A stretch of 64,000 nt of DNA from Eledone cirrhosa (taxonomy: Eukaryota), in assembly GCA_964016885.1 (NCBI GenBank), contig OZ024741.1, positions 364,002,001 to 364,066,000 of the forward strand, given 5' to 3'. Position 1 is the stretch's first letter. Each line of letters opens with the position of its first letter. This document shows, piece after piece, positions 1-12,478 of this stretch. Position numbers and translations under genes: made by a program. The notes under the pieces are model-generated. The model worked only from the letters and a program-made list of their open reading frames with translations. It made no database searches and was not told the DNA's origin.

Positions 1-67
1 ATAGGAGTGAAGAGTGCTCTATGTAAGTACCAGAGCTAAATTTAATGTATAATAAACAATACAATAT

Positions 68-145
68 AATTACCTAATTACCAGAGGTTTCCCGAATAAG
101 ACGAATACAAGAAACATCCTCATTCGTTCGTCGGACAAGGCAATT
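68..145 (-). ncRNA. Type I hammerhead ribozyme-like motif (variant core) at the end of an AT-rich PLE-like 3' region
   Basis: Minus strand: stem I AATTGCCT/AGGTAATT, core CCGACGA (U4C variant), stem II CGAATGAGG/TCTTATTCG, GAAAC-C-TCT-G-GTA (GUA cleavage triplet). The base of stem II is mismatched. Confidence 0.6.
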
Positions 146-757
146 TAAAACTGAAATATTTGAAAAATCTCAAGAAAGGCAAAAGTTTAACGGGCAAAAA
201 AAATATATAAATAAAAGTAATGCAAGATATATATAAAAATAAAATAAGGAAATATAGTTAGGGTATGTGTATAAATGTGTGTATATTCACTCACAAATGT
301 ACATATGTGTGTATGTACAAATACATGTGTATAGTGAAAAAATGTGTGCGTAAGTACATATATGAGGGCAAGCATATCAGTTATGTGTGACCACAAATAC
401 GTATATAATATATGTTGAAAAAGAAATTGTAAGATAATAGAGTTAACGTACATCCAGACTCAGGTACTAAGGACTGAAATATATACACATACAAGTATGA
501 AAGCACGCGCATAAACACACACACACGCGCGCAACCACATACATGCGAGTGATATATACAAAGAAGGGAGTGTATGAGTCAAAGCAATGTTAGGCTGAAG
601 GTCAATACATATATATAAAAAAGAAAAAAATGAAAAAATATGAGAATAAAAAAATAGAATCAAAGAGAAAATAAGAGGGAGGGGTTATCAATTATAAAGT
701 AACACTAGAAAAAATAGAAAACAAACAGGTTCGTACATACACATATATATATATATA

Positions 758-788
<31 letters not shown>

Positions 789-801
789 TAGATATATATA
801 T

Positions 802-856
802 ATGTAAGTATGTATGTATACGTACATACATATATGTATACAGACGTACAGTAGCA

Positions 857-896
<40 letters not shown>

Positions 897-1164
897 TACA
901 TACATATATATATATATATATATACATATATACATATATACATACATATATATATATATATATATACATATATACATACAGGTACACATACATATATGCA
1001 TGCATCAGTTTAGCGGACGCTTATTATAACGCCGCTTTGTTCGTTTGTCAACACCGTATGGCATAAATTCAGGCTGTTCAGTTTGTTGACAAACGAACAA
1101 AGCGGCGTTATAATAAGCGTCCGCTAAACTGATGCGTGCATATATGTACGTGTACCTGTATGTA

Positions 1165-1202
<38 letters not shown>

Positions 1203-1312
1203 TGCTACTGTACGTCTGTATACATATATGTATGTACGTATACATACATACTTACATTTAAGTAAGTGCCATACTAAGAGTGAGAAATGAAATTTCGTTT
1301 TCATTTTTTTCA
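802..1312. repeat. Fold-back palindrome in (TA)n; same family as the 4040-4690 hammerhead unit
   Basis: Arms ~802-1053 and 1084-1257 are reverse complements (CATCAGTTTAGCGGACGC... / ...GCGTCCGCTAAACTGATG). The 30-nt loop matches the reverse complement of ~4218-4250. Confidence 0.85.
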
Positions 1313-1354
1313 ACTGATATATATATATATATATACATACACACATAGTAATAT

Positions 1355-1400
<46 letters not shown>

Positions 1401-1403
<3 letters not shown>

Positions 1404-3148
1404 GTAAACCCCTATACTTAGCCTTTGTCGACTTGGAGAAAGCCTTCGACAGAGTCCCCCGTTCCATTATCTGGTGGGCTCTTAGAAAACTAGGTGTTGA
1501 CGAATGGCTTGTGAGAGCTATACAAGCCATGTATAAAGAAACAGTGAGCAAGGTTAGAATTAACTACGAATATAGTGAAGAGTTTAGCGTAAAAGTTGGT
1601 GTCCATCAGGGCTCTGTTCTTAGCCCCCTACTATTCATTATTGCTCTTCAGACTATAACAGAGGAGTTCAAGACCGGCTTCCCATGGGAACTCCTATACG
1701 CAGATGACCTAACGCTCATAGCTGAATCAATGGCCGAGCTAGAGAAGAAATTCCAAACATGGAAGCACGGCCTAGAATCAAAAGGCCTTAAAATTAACCT
1801 GGCTAAGACTAAAGTTCTAGTTTGTAGGAAAGAAAATAAGGCGCCGGTCCCTTCCGGGAAATGGCCATGCTCAGTGTGTAGGAAAGGCGTAGGGAGAAAC
1901 TCCATTTTATGTCCCAAATGCAAAGTATGGGTGCATAAAAGATGTAGTGGGATCACAGGTAAGCTAACTAAGAACACAGATTTTACATGTGGCCGGTGCT
2001 CTGGTGCAATAAGTAGCAGCAAGTGCCCAAAAAATACTAGCTCTTTCAACTGCGCAGAGGGTTCTATAGAAATAGTGGACAGCTTCCGTTACCTGGGTGA
2101 CAAAATCAGCAGTGGGGGAGGGTGCTCCGAAAGTACAGTAGCTAGAGTCAGAACTGGATGGAAAAAGTTCAGAGAGCTTATACCACTATTAGCCGGTAAA
2201 GGGTTCTCCCTAAAAATGGAAGGCAGGTTGTATGATGCCTGCATACGAACAGCAATGTTGCATGGCAGTGAGACCTGGGCATTGTGTGCAGAGGATATAT
2301 ACGCAGACTAGAGAGGAACGAAGCTTGCATGCTCCGCTGGATGTGTAATAGTAATATACGCGAACGGCAAAGCATAAACGAACTAAGGAAAAAATTAGAA
2401 ATAAGAGGGATCAGATGTTTACTCGAGAGAAGGCTACGTTGGTATTGTCACGTGATGCACATGAAAGACGACAGCTGTATAGCAAAGTGCAGAGCAATAA
2501 AGATAGACGGTAGCCACGGAGTAGGCAGACCCGGAAAAACCTGGGACGAGCTGATAAATTCCGACCTCACACACTTACACCTCTCCAAGACAATGTCACT
2601 GGACCGAGAGCTTTGGCGGTACTCAGTAATAGAGAAGACCCGCCTTACCTAAATACAAAGTAAAACCTACTAGTCAGTAGGCATCTCTAACAAAATACAC
2701 CCCCGTCCCACCACCCCCACCCACCCACACCGCCCCTTTCAATGTAAAGTTATGTTGGTGCCACAAAATCCATGCCGAAACAAATGAGATCGTGTAGGTG
2801 TCACGACAAAAAAACACACAGTCCATGCTGTAATGTGACCATGTAGGCAACACGGTAAAAACCTCCCAGTCCCACACTGTAAATGTGGTTGGTGTTAGGA
2901 AGGGCATCCAGCTGTAGAAAACCCTCCAGACAGTCCACGCTGTAATGTGGCCGTGTAGGCAACACGGTAAAAACCTCCCAGCCCCACACTGTAAATGTGG
3001 TTGGTGTTAGGAAGGGCATCCAACTGTAGAAAACCCGCCAGACAGTCCTATGCGAGCAAGACAACCACTCTTGCCTCAAGTGAGAAAACTCCCGTCCAAA
3101 CCCATGCAAGCATGGAACATGGACGTTAAACGATGATGATGATGATGA
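1401..3148 (+). mobile_element. 5'-truncated RTE-clade LINE: RT C-terminal half, PHD-like insertion, 3' UTR, (GAT)n tail
   Basis: ORFs 1433-2311 and 2284-2652 (frameshift): FVDLEKAFDRVP, GVHQGSVLSPLLF, LLYADDL, FRYLG, HGSETW, RRLRWY.H, GRPGKTW. About 113-bp tandem duplication in the 3' UTR (~2819-3047). Confidence 0.93.
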
Positions 3149-3150
3149 CA

Positions 3151-4028
3151 CAGGGTGCGGACGATATTTGTTCGCAAGATTACTGTCTAGAAAAAATAAC
3201 ACAGTAGTTTTATTTTTTAAGATATATTTATCAAACATGGGTCAGTTTGTCTTCATGACTTGTTCTTTTGATCTCACTCGATAAACCCGCCATTGGCTTT
3301 GATGACGGCCTCAAGGCGGCCTTGGAACCGGCTACAGGCCTTCGTCACTGTCCCCCGACTTAGCCCCCTAAAGGTACTTGTGATCCTGGCCTTCAGATCG
3401 TCTTTCATATTGCAGCTAGATCTGTTGGTGTCTCGTTCCACTGCGCCCCACACAAAGAAGTCGAGGGGGTTGCAGTCAGGCGAGCTGGGAGGCCAGAGTC
3501 AGGTGAAGTGTGGTCAACGAAGTTCTCTGACAGCCAGGCTTGGATCATTCGGCTGGTATGGCAGGGCGCTGAGTCTTGCTGCCACACGTACGGCCTACAT
3601 GCAGCTACCTGGCCGCTCATGCAGCTCAGAATGCGGATGTAGCCATCGGTGTTCAGCTTGAGGCCCTCAGGGAAGAAGTGAGGTGGCATGACGTCACCTT
3701 GACTGCTGACGACACCTAAGACCAATGTTGTCACTGGAAACTTTGTCTGCATGACTCTGGGCACCTCTTTGGATGAGACACCATTCTCCTGCTGATGCTG
3801 AGAAAGTCTGAAATTTCCTTATTTGTCCTCCCGGCACGGATTCCAAGAAGAACTCCGTGTCTCTTCCACAAATTTGGAAGTTCAAAATTATTCATAATCA
3901 ATTATTCTGAAAATAAATAATGGCAATATAGTCACTGTTTTTATGAAGACAAGAGTGACAACGGAAGTAAAAAAAAATTGCATGAAATTAGCAGTTAAAA
4001 ATTGCGAACAAATATCGTCCACACCCTG
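3151..4028 (-). mobile_element. Internally deleted Tc1/mariner element, DD37D (maT) type
   Basis: TIRs CAGGGTGCGGACGATATTTGTTCGCAA / TTGCGAACAAATATCGTCCACACCCTG, followed by TA. Transposase remnants VMPPHFF, WQQDSAPCH, PDCNPLDFFVWG. Confidence 0.9.
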
Positions 4029-4039
4029 TATATATAGAA

Positions 4040-4690
4040 AAAAATGGAATTTCATTTCTCACTCTTAGTACGGCCGATACTTAAATGTAAGTATGCATAC
4101 GTACATACATATATGTATACAGACATACAGTAGTATGTATATACATACATGCACACATATATATATATGCACGTATGGGTTTACCGAACATTTATTATAA
4201 TGCTCGGTTTGTTTGTAAACAAACAGCCCAAATTATTAGCCGTACAGTGTTCGGCAGCCATCGTTGCCATTTTGTTCAACACTGACAAACGATGAACTAG
4301 TTTCTAGCTTATTAGCTGTCATCAGCACCATATACCTTCCTGTCAGTCAATTGAACGTTTGAAAGTATATACTTTCCTTATGCATATTAACGGCTGAGCA
4401 GCCTAATTTGCATATCGAGTGAGTTAGTGGGCCAGGCGTACCGAAAACGATAAATGGAAAAAATGACATTTCATTTCTCACTTTTAGTACGGCCGATACT
4501 TAAATATAAGTATGTATACGTACATACAGTAGTATGTATATACATACATACATGCACAACAAACTGAGCATTATAATAAATGTTCGGTAAACCCATACGT
4601 GCATATATATATGTGTGTATGTATGTATGTATATACATACTACTGTACGTCTGTATACATATATGTATGTATGTATACATACTTATATTT
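4040..4690 (-). mobile_element. Non-autonomous PLE/retrozyme-like unit (~420 nt plus partial tandem copy and an inverted copy)
   Basis: Direct repeat TTCATTTCTCAC.YTTAGTACGGCCGATACTTAAAT at 4051 and 4470 (period 419). 4557-4690 is an inverted copy of ~4085-4213. Contains a hammerhead at 4289-4331. Confidence 0.7.
4289..4331 (-). ncRNA. Minimal type I hammerhead ribozyme
   Basis: Minus strand ATGGTG-CTGATGA-C-AGCT-AATA-AGCT-A-GAAAC-TA-GTT-CATCGT: intact core, 6-bp stem I, palindromic stem III AACTAGTT. Confidence 0.85.
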
Positions 4691-4744
4691 ATATAGGAAA
4701 AAGAAGTTGAAAATATAATTGGAGTCTTTAAGAAAATTTATTAA

Positions 4745-5377
4745 TAATAATTTTACCAGTTTCACATTTGTATGATTTTCAAAAGTTAAATGAGATGGAG
4801 AGATGTGTGGCTATGTGGCCTTTCATCTGACTTTTTGGTAAATTTCTGTTTTATACAAAAACGTGACTCAGATTGCTATCTGTCTGAAGTACAATTGGAT
4901 TGGTCATGGAAGATCATGTGTGATTAGGTAGTATTTGCACCCAAATTGATTTTTATGTGATTAGGAATAGAATTGTTTTTGTAGATTTTGCACCAAAAAC
5001 TGAGTGTGTCGAGGTTCAGTGAACATGGCTAGTGATGATTTCAAAAAGAATTCATATCTATTTTATTGTTTAGTCAAGTCTATAGAATGTTTTGTGACAA
5101 TCCCCCTAAATTATTTTAAGTGTATAGGAAGGAAGATTGTGTATGTATGTAGAAATAAATATTTTGTTTCCTGTTACATGAAATATGAAGGTCTTGTGAC
5201 AAAAAATAATAATCCTTCAATCAGCAAAATGAACAAAAATTGTCCGTGCGCGCGTGCGTCAGTGTGTGGAGGGGTTGTGATTTGTCCTCTTTTTCATTCG
5301 GGTACAGAGGATCATGTGATAAAACTAAGTGATCATAGTAGTTATAATAGTTCCATTACCAAAATGAACTAGTATGT

Positions 5378-5411
<34 letters not shown>

Positions 5412-7090
5412 TGGAGGGGGATATTTCGCTACAAATGTTTCTTGTTAGAGTTTACTCAGATGTGGTTTGTATTTTTCAATAAATATATTTTATTTCATCA
5501 TCAACTATTTATTCATGTTTGGTCTGTGGTATTATCTGGGCAAAGATAAAGTGGAAAGATTTATTTGTAGCACATAAGTCTAAATGCCCATTAAGTGGTA
5601 TCTGTTTTGTGGTGAGATCTCATAATTGTTGGCTATAAATTATCATTCTGTTTCTGGGGGTAAATTTGGTTTGCCCTATATAATCTTCATTACATCCTTT
5701 ACATTTACTGGCATATATCAAATTTTTTTTATGAACAGGTAAAATGATTTTTTACAAAAAAAATCTTTGTCCTGATTTAAATGTATATAATGTGCTTCAA
5801 TGATGTTAGTGCATTTAAGGTGACCACACTTTTTGGCTGTTAGTATTGTGTTAGTGATGGGTAATTTGGTGCTGATGAGTAGTTTAAGGGATTTTGGTTG
5901 TCTTTTGCTTTTGATTATTTTATGTTTCAAGTGTTTTTTTTCATTCTTCTGTCTTGTTTTAATAGTAGGATGTTCTTGCAAATAATGTTGTATGCATCTG
6001 TATTTCTTGGGTTGTGTGTTGAAATATAGGGTAGAGCTTTTTCTATTCTTCATAATTCCTGAATATCTAGTAATTTGACTGGTTCTATACCAGTCTATTA
6101 ATAATGATGGGTACTGACTTTTGAGTAGAATTTCTTTTAATTCTTGGAGTCTTTTATTCTGTGTTTCATAATTTGGGACAATTGTGCAAATTCTTGCTAG
6201 ATTAAATGGAATATTTGTTTTTGTGTATTTTGGATGGTTTGAAGTGAAGAGCAAGTATTATTTAGTTTTGTTTGTGGTGGATGTCAGTTTCAATGTTTAT
6301 GCCTTTTTATGAATAGAATGTTCAGGAATGGAAGTTGGTCTTCACTAAATTCCATTGTGAATTGGATATAATTATTGATGCTGTTAAACAAGGTCTTGAA
6401 TTTGTTGAGTTGGTCAAATGTGTGTATCCATAGGATAAGGCAGTCATCCAAGTAGCATTTCTAGTTGTCTAGCAAATATTTGTGGAAGTTCAAGCTGTAT
6501 TTTAATTTAGATTGTTCATATATCTGGACTTCCAGGTATGCCATGACTAAGCATAAATCGGAGCAACTTTTGTACCCATCGTAGTCCCCAATATTTGTTT
6601 GTAAATATTGTCATTAAAATAAAAATTGTTTTGTAGAATGAATTTTAGTCCCATAATAAACCTCTACACTAAGATCCTACACCAATACAGACCGAGATTT
6701 CATTAGGGAATTGTTTTAGACAGAATCCTATTGCCTCTAGTCTATATTGGTGTAGAGGTTTATTATGTCAAAAGATACAATAATGTCTCTGTTGATGTAT
6801 TTAGGGAGATGGTTTAAGAGGTCCAGGTCATCTCTTAAAAGGCTTGGTATATATTTGAGAACTGGTTTCAATAATATGTCTATAAAATTTCTTAGTTTCT
6901 GTGTTTCACAATTTGGGTCCGCTACAACTGATCTTAATTTAAGGTCATTGGGGTGTTGCATGCTTATAAAGGCTGAAGTGGATTCTTTACAGGCATCGTT
7001 AATCATTTTGCTCTTGTGGAGTTTGGGAAGTTCGTAAAGATTGCTGGTTTTACAATCAAAATGAGTTAAATAATCATTCATTTTTAATCC
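4745..7090 (-). mobile_element. Decayed Penelope-like retroelement (RT, GIY-YIG endonuclease, 3' UTR/pLTR)
   Basis: ORF pieces 6737-7081 (LYELPKLHKS, LR.VVA, SFDI.NLYTNI) and 5718-6254 (S.HP..TK.NIPF). GTTMGTKVAP near 6560-6590, YLDDC near 6440, YIGQT near 5670. Many stops and frameshifts. Confidence 0.9.
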
Positions 7091-8263
7091 ACTACTCCCT
7101 AAACTGGACCTTTATTTATTGACAATGAAAGGATGAAAGACAAAATTAATCTCAGTAAGATTTAAAATGAAGATGCAAATAGCTAGAACAAATATAGAGG
7201 CATTTAAAATCTGACTCTCACATGGCTTTGCCAAAGAAAAAGTTAAGCATTTATTTTTATAAATAACCCATGCTAGTGTGGAAGATGGACGTTAAATGAA
7301 GATGATGATGAATCATGAAAATTTGGGCAGATATGGTAAGAGGGAATCTCAAAATTAGGAACCTTACAGAGATGACAAAAGAACAATCTGTGGAGGGAGG
7401 TTGTGCTGGAAAATATCTGTCCAACCCATTAAGCATGGAAAAATGGATGTAAAAAGGATGACGACGACAATGGTTTTCATCATTTCGATTTAACAGCTAT
7501 TGTCCATGCTTGCATGGGTTAGACAAGTCAAGCAACCAATTACTGCTCAAACATTTCGTTTTTGGCTTGGTTTCCACAGCTGGATGCCCAACTTAACATC
7601 AGTCACTTTACAGCATGGACTGGGAGCATTTTTCATGGCGCTAACACTACCCTCTTACAGGGTTGGCTAGGTGCTTTTTGTTGTAATACCAGCACTATCA
7701 CAGAGTGTAGGATGGGTGCTTTTTTGTTGTGGCACCATCACTATTACCTTACAAAGTGGACTAGATGTGTTTTGTCATGGAACCTATAAATATTTAACCA
7801 AATTTTAATTCAGAATTTCTTCAGTCATCAGATATAACCCTTCCATTCTAATGAAAGACAGTCCATGATTTTCAATTAACTTTTTTTTAATAATTAAGAA
7901 TTTGGGGAGATTTAATAAAATAGCTTTTTCATTATTAGTTGGTATTTGGAATATAACTTAAAGGTTCATGCATAAAATTGTCATGAAAAGTTTTTAGATA
8001 AAGATAAACACTTTAAAACTGTTTTGTATTGTAAAACCAAAGGCAGTTTAGTGTCAAAAAGGTTAAATGGATAAAGTGAAAAAAGTTTACAGAAAATCAT
8101 TTATTATGGATTATCATGGTTAAAGAGTTAATATAATTCTAGGTTAAGTTTCACTGTTTGTCATCTTAAACAAGTGTCTTCTACTATAGTCTTGAAGTCT
8201 TGGGCTGACCAATATTTTGTAAGTGAAATTAGGTAATTGGAGATTGCAAAAGCCTACCATATA

Positions 8264-9030
8264 TATGAGGGGTGACTGAAAAATTTGGAACTTCACACAG
8301 AAAACAAATAGATATGCAAATTAAATTTTGTCTGAAATCTGCAACATGTTCTAACAATGCTAGCCAGGTTTCATGATTTAAACACTTTTTTATTTCTTTT
8401 CAGAGATTATTAAAGTTGACGTACTCAGGCTTTATGAAAAATGGAAAAACTCAAGTACCGAGCAGTGATCAAGTATCAGCCGTTGAAAGGCATGACCCCA
8501 GCTGAGATCAATAAGGACATGCAAGACTCATTAGGGGAAGATGCCTTGTCATATGCCACATTCAAATGCTGGGTCAATGAATTCAAATGTGCTAAAGGTG
8601 TGGAAGGTGACCAGAGGTCTAGGAGGCTATCAACAAGGACCACACCAGAGAACATTAACCTTGTCTTTGGGATGGTGATGGAGGATCGTCGACGGTCATC
8701 TTGTCAGATAGTAGATATGTTAGGCATCTCCCAGGAGCAGGCTAATAATATTTTGACAAATGAGCTTGGTTTGAGAAAGGTGTTTTCATGCTGGGTTCCA
8801 TGTCTTTTGAGTAAGTACAGAAGCGCACTCGTCACACCATGTCCTCCACCAATTTGGAACTCTTTGAAGCTGATCTGGAAGATTTCCTGGCATGAGTTGT
8901 AACCTTGAACAAGACCTGCGTCCATCACTACAAACCAAAGAGCAGTCTAAACAGTGGAAGCACCCATCCTCATCCACCCAAACGCCAAGTTCACACCATC
9001 AGCAGGAAAGGTCATGGCTACCATTTTCTG
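8264..9030 (+). mobile_element. Mariner (DD34D-like) transposase relic, 3' truncated
   Basis: ORF 8441-8902 MEKLKYRAVIKY...SYAT.K.W..EFK...WVP.LL, then VT..KT.VHHY.P and QSKQW. Left TIR-like ATGAGGGGTGACTGAAAA. Confidence 0.85.
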
Positions 9031-9233
9031 TTAAGTGATGTCTGTCTCTGTGTTGTTAGTGGGTAGCCATAAAAGATCAATAAAATAAATACCAGACTTG
9101 TAAAAATAGCTACTGGAGTCAATATGATCAATCAAATCCCTCAAGGCGGTACCCTAGCATGACAAACCTTTTCCAAATGGTTTCTGCAATGGTGCCTCAC
9201 ATATTATGAAACAATGTATAAATGTAAAACAAA

Positions 9234-9384
9234 ATTTGAATTTCATATAAATAAAGCCAAAATATTTAGCAGAATTCACAACATATTCTTATTGTTTATA
9301 TTTTAAAAAATTCCAAACATGGATTAATGCAATGATGATGATGATGATGGTGGCGTGTGTGTGTGTCTGTGTGTCTCTGCGTGT

Positions 9385-9430
<46 letters not shown>

Positions 9431-9518
9431 CTATTCATGTTTGAAATTTTTTTAAATATAATCAATAAAAATATGTTGTGAATTCTGCTAAATATTTTGG
9501 CTTTATTTATATGAAATT

Positions 9519-9523
<5 letters not shown>
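9234..9523. repeat. Inverted repeat (~95-bp arms) around (GAT)n/(CA)n, ending at (TA)n
   Basis: ATTTGAATTTCATATAAATAAAGCC... at 9234 mirrors ...GGCTTTATTTATATGAAATTCAAAT ending at 9523. Confidence 0.85.
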
Positions 9524-9571
<48 letters not shown>

Positions 9572-9626
9572 CCCATGCAAGCGTGGAACACGGACGTTAA
9601 ACGATGATGATGATATATATATATAT

Positions 9627-10057
9627 CTTTGGCGGTACTCAGTAACAGAGAAGACCCGCCTTACCTAAATATATAGTAAAACCTACTCCAGCCAGTAGGC
9701 ATCTCTAACAAAATACACCCCGTCCCACCACCCCCACCCCATCCACACCACCCCATTCTATGTAAAGTTATGTTGGTGCCGCGCCATCCAGGCCGAAACA
9801 AATGAGATCGTGTAGGTGTCACGACAAAAAACACACAGTCCACGCTGTAATGTGGCCGTGTAGGCAACACGGTAAAAACCTCCCAGACCCACACTGTAAA
9901 TGTGGTTGGTGTTAGGAAGGGCATCCAACTGTAGAAAACCTGCCAGACAGTCCTATGCGAGCAAAACAATCACTCTTGCCTCAAGTGGGACTACCCCCGT
10001 CCAAACCCATGCAAGCGTGGAACACGGACGTTAAACGTTGATGATGATGATGATGAT
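9627..10057 (+). mobile_element. RTE LINE 3' end fragment
   Basis: Near-identical to 2612-3148; (GAT)n tail. Confidence 0.85.
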
Positions 10058-10074
10058 ATATATATATATATATA

Positions 10075-10495
10075 GTTATACTTGGGGAGGGTCATGTTGT
10101 TGTAATAATAATGCCAGAACACACTCACTGTTTGGTTGGTTTTCGCTTCTGCATCTTTTATATCTCCACAGTTAATTCATTTGGCCATCAATGTATATCA
10201 CTGACTGACCAACGGTAAAAAATACAGATATAAATACATATATATAGTCTAACAAAGTTTACATATTTATATCTGTATTTTTGACCGTTGGTCAGTCAGT
10301 GATAAACATTGATGGCCAAATGAATTAACTGTGGATATATAAAAGATGCAGAAGCAAAAACCAACCAAACAGAGAGTGTGTTCAGTTGTTATTTCTGGCA
10401 TAATTACAACAATATGACCCTCCCCAAGTATAACAATATTTGTTTTGACACACGATTTCATATCAAAAACCTCGCAAAACAAATTCATCGCCGTC

Positions 10496-10500
<5 letters not shown>
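10075..10500. repeat. Fold-back palindrome flanked by (TA)n; same family as 59762-60070
   Basis: Arms ~10075-10236 and ~10263-10434 are reverse complements. Confidence 0.85.
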
Positions 10501-10533
<33 letters not shown>

Positions 10534-12384
10534 ACTATTTACGAAAATGGCAGCAGGCTTCTGTGCCAAAAAATTTGACTTCTGGTCATGCTGCAGCACT
10601 GCCTTCAAAGAATTCAATTTATTACATCAACACTAGTACATTTTAAAATAAGTTAGTTACTTATTTTATCGATGCCTATTTGATGACTAGCTAAATTACA
10701 AGACAAAGAAATTGTTACACACATCATCAGCAGCAGCAGCATTTAACGTCCATTTTCCCAGTTAACAAGGGTTGGATGGGATGGCACAGACCATGTCAGT
10801 ACTTAATCGAAATTACTGACCTCTCAGATGAGCTAAGGACCTACTTCTCTCTAAAACGCTTTCTTGCACTCTACAAAGTACACTGAATGCATTTTATTGT
10901 AGCACCAATACAAAAAAAAGTTGACATGTTTAAAACACAACTGAAGAGTCCTCTGTAGAAAACTTGCCAAAGAAAGGGTTGGGAGGACTATCCATTTAAC
11001 CCCCCTAAGATTGGTGATTTACACAAACAAACCTAATACACTCTGTAAACTGGTTGGTTAAATGAAGAACATCTAGCCATAAAAACCTGCCAAACAAAGG
11101 GTCAAGAGAACTCTCCAGCTAAGTTAATGACATAACCACCCTAATGTTAATGTCATAATAAAATGCACTCAGTAGTGCGTGGGATCATGTGTAAATAAGT
11201 AGTGAGCTGCCAGCCGGTTTGAAAACTCAGTAGAGTGCAGGAACATATGTGAGATGTAGGCTCCCAATCCACTATGGGGTCAGTACCTCTGCTTTGCGCA
11301 CCAACCCTTTCTACTGACAATCCATCCAATTCTTGTTAGCAGGGAAAGTAGACTTTAAATAATGGTAATAACAGTATGTATATGATAGGCTTCCACACAA
11401 TAGGGCTAAATTGGTTGATTAGAAAAATATATTGGGAGTTAGCTAATATTCTCTGGCAGAACAGAGCACATGAAGTAGGCAACTCCAAACGTTTCTAGGT
11501 TCTGACACTATCAGTTGAAGTATAGTCTTTGTCATATACTTGTTTGGCCAGTATTAACTAGAAGTGTCACCAAAACAATGAGGTATCATAGAGTGGTACA
11601 GCCCTCTTATGGAAACAGTAAAAGTATCATCAGCTTATTAAGTTGAAATCATGCTCCATTGGATGTATAATGTTAATGTGCATGAATGCCACAGTACAGA
11701 TGAGCTGAAAGAAAAACTGGGCATAAGTGGAAGAATGGGCTGGTATGGAAAGAAGCTGCAGAAGATGACGACCAAAGGAAACCTGGGCAGAAGTGATGAT
11801 AGCTGAACATCATAAGTGAGATAATGAAGGAACACAAGTGGAGGAAAGATTTGCTGGAGAAGACCATTCAACTTATGCAAGCATATACAAGCAGAAGTAA
11901 AATGATGACGATGATCTTATAGCCATGCTTACAGTCTTATTACAATGTATGCTACCATCACTATGAAGGAGACTATGTGGTCACAAGTACTGCTGGAAAT
12001 AATAGCCACTAGATCTCTCTCAAATCAAATCAGAGCATCTTAAAAAATAGAGAAGGACATAGATATAAATATACATAACATCAAAAATATGAGAAGGTCA
12101 AAGCTGGAATGTCTTTGATCATATGTCTGCTTGATGAGTAAAGATATGAAGCTAAACAACAACTAATAGCAAACATTATATGGATGAATCACACGTGTAA
12201 GAAAAACTAATATTGACTGATTAACTGATGCCATATACAGACTAACAGCTGGCTACACTAATAAGAAGATTGTAGATAGCCATTGGCCTATTAGCCAATA
12301 AACTGAGTTAGCAAAGACATTTATAAATAACTCCATCTACTGAACAGTCTATACAGACAAAAGAGTATAAACATTTTATCATAC

Positions 12385-12478
12385 CTAAGAGAGCAACAAC
12401 AAAAAGTATTTTAAAGGCCTTTTTCCTTGTTAATGCAGAGGCTATCCTTGCGAGCCCCATGGCAGGCTTCATACTCAT
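12385..12478 (-). CDS. Putative first coding exon (exon 12385-12522) of a host gene with a type II membrane/signal-anchor-like N-terminus
   Basis: Non-repetitive sequence. Acceptor TTTGGTTCAG| at 12523, donor TAG|GTATGA at 12384. Translates MSMKPAMGLARIASALTRKKAFKILFVVALL(G): a basic patch followed by a hydrophobic run. Confidence 0.5.

Noticed and set aside
688-1400. YI/IY-rich ORFs (also 28.3-28.7 kb, 39.2-40.0 kb, 48.9 kb, 56.6 kb)
   Set aside because: Translations of (TA)n and (CA)n microsatellites.
2801-3238. Recurrent 'WMPFLTPTTFTV' ORFs as a protein family
   Set aside because: Antisense reading of the shared RTE/SINE 3' UTR.
9205-9222. GAAACAATGTA as a hammerhead 3' half
   Set aside because: No recognisable upstream core or stems.
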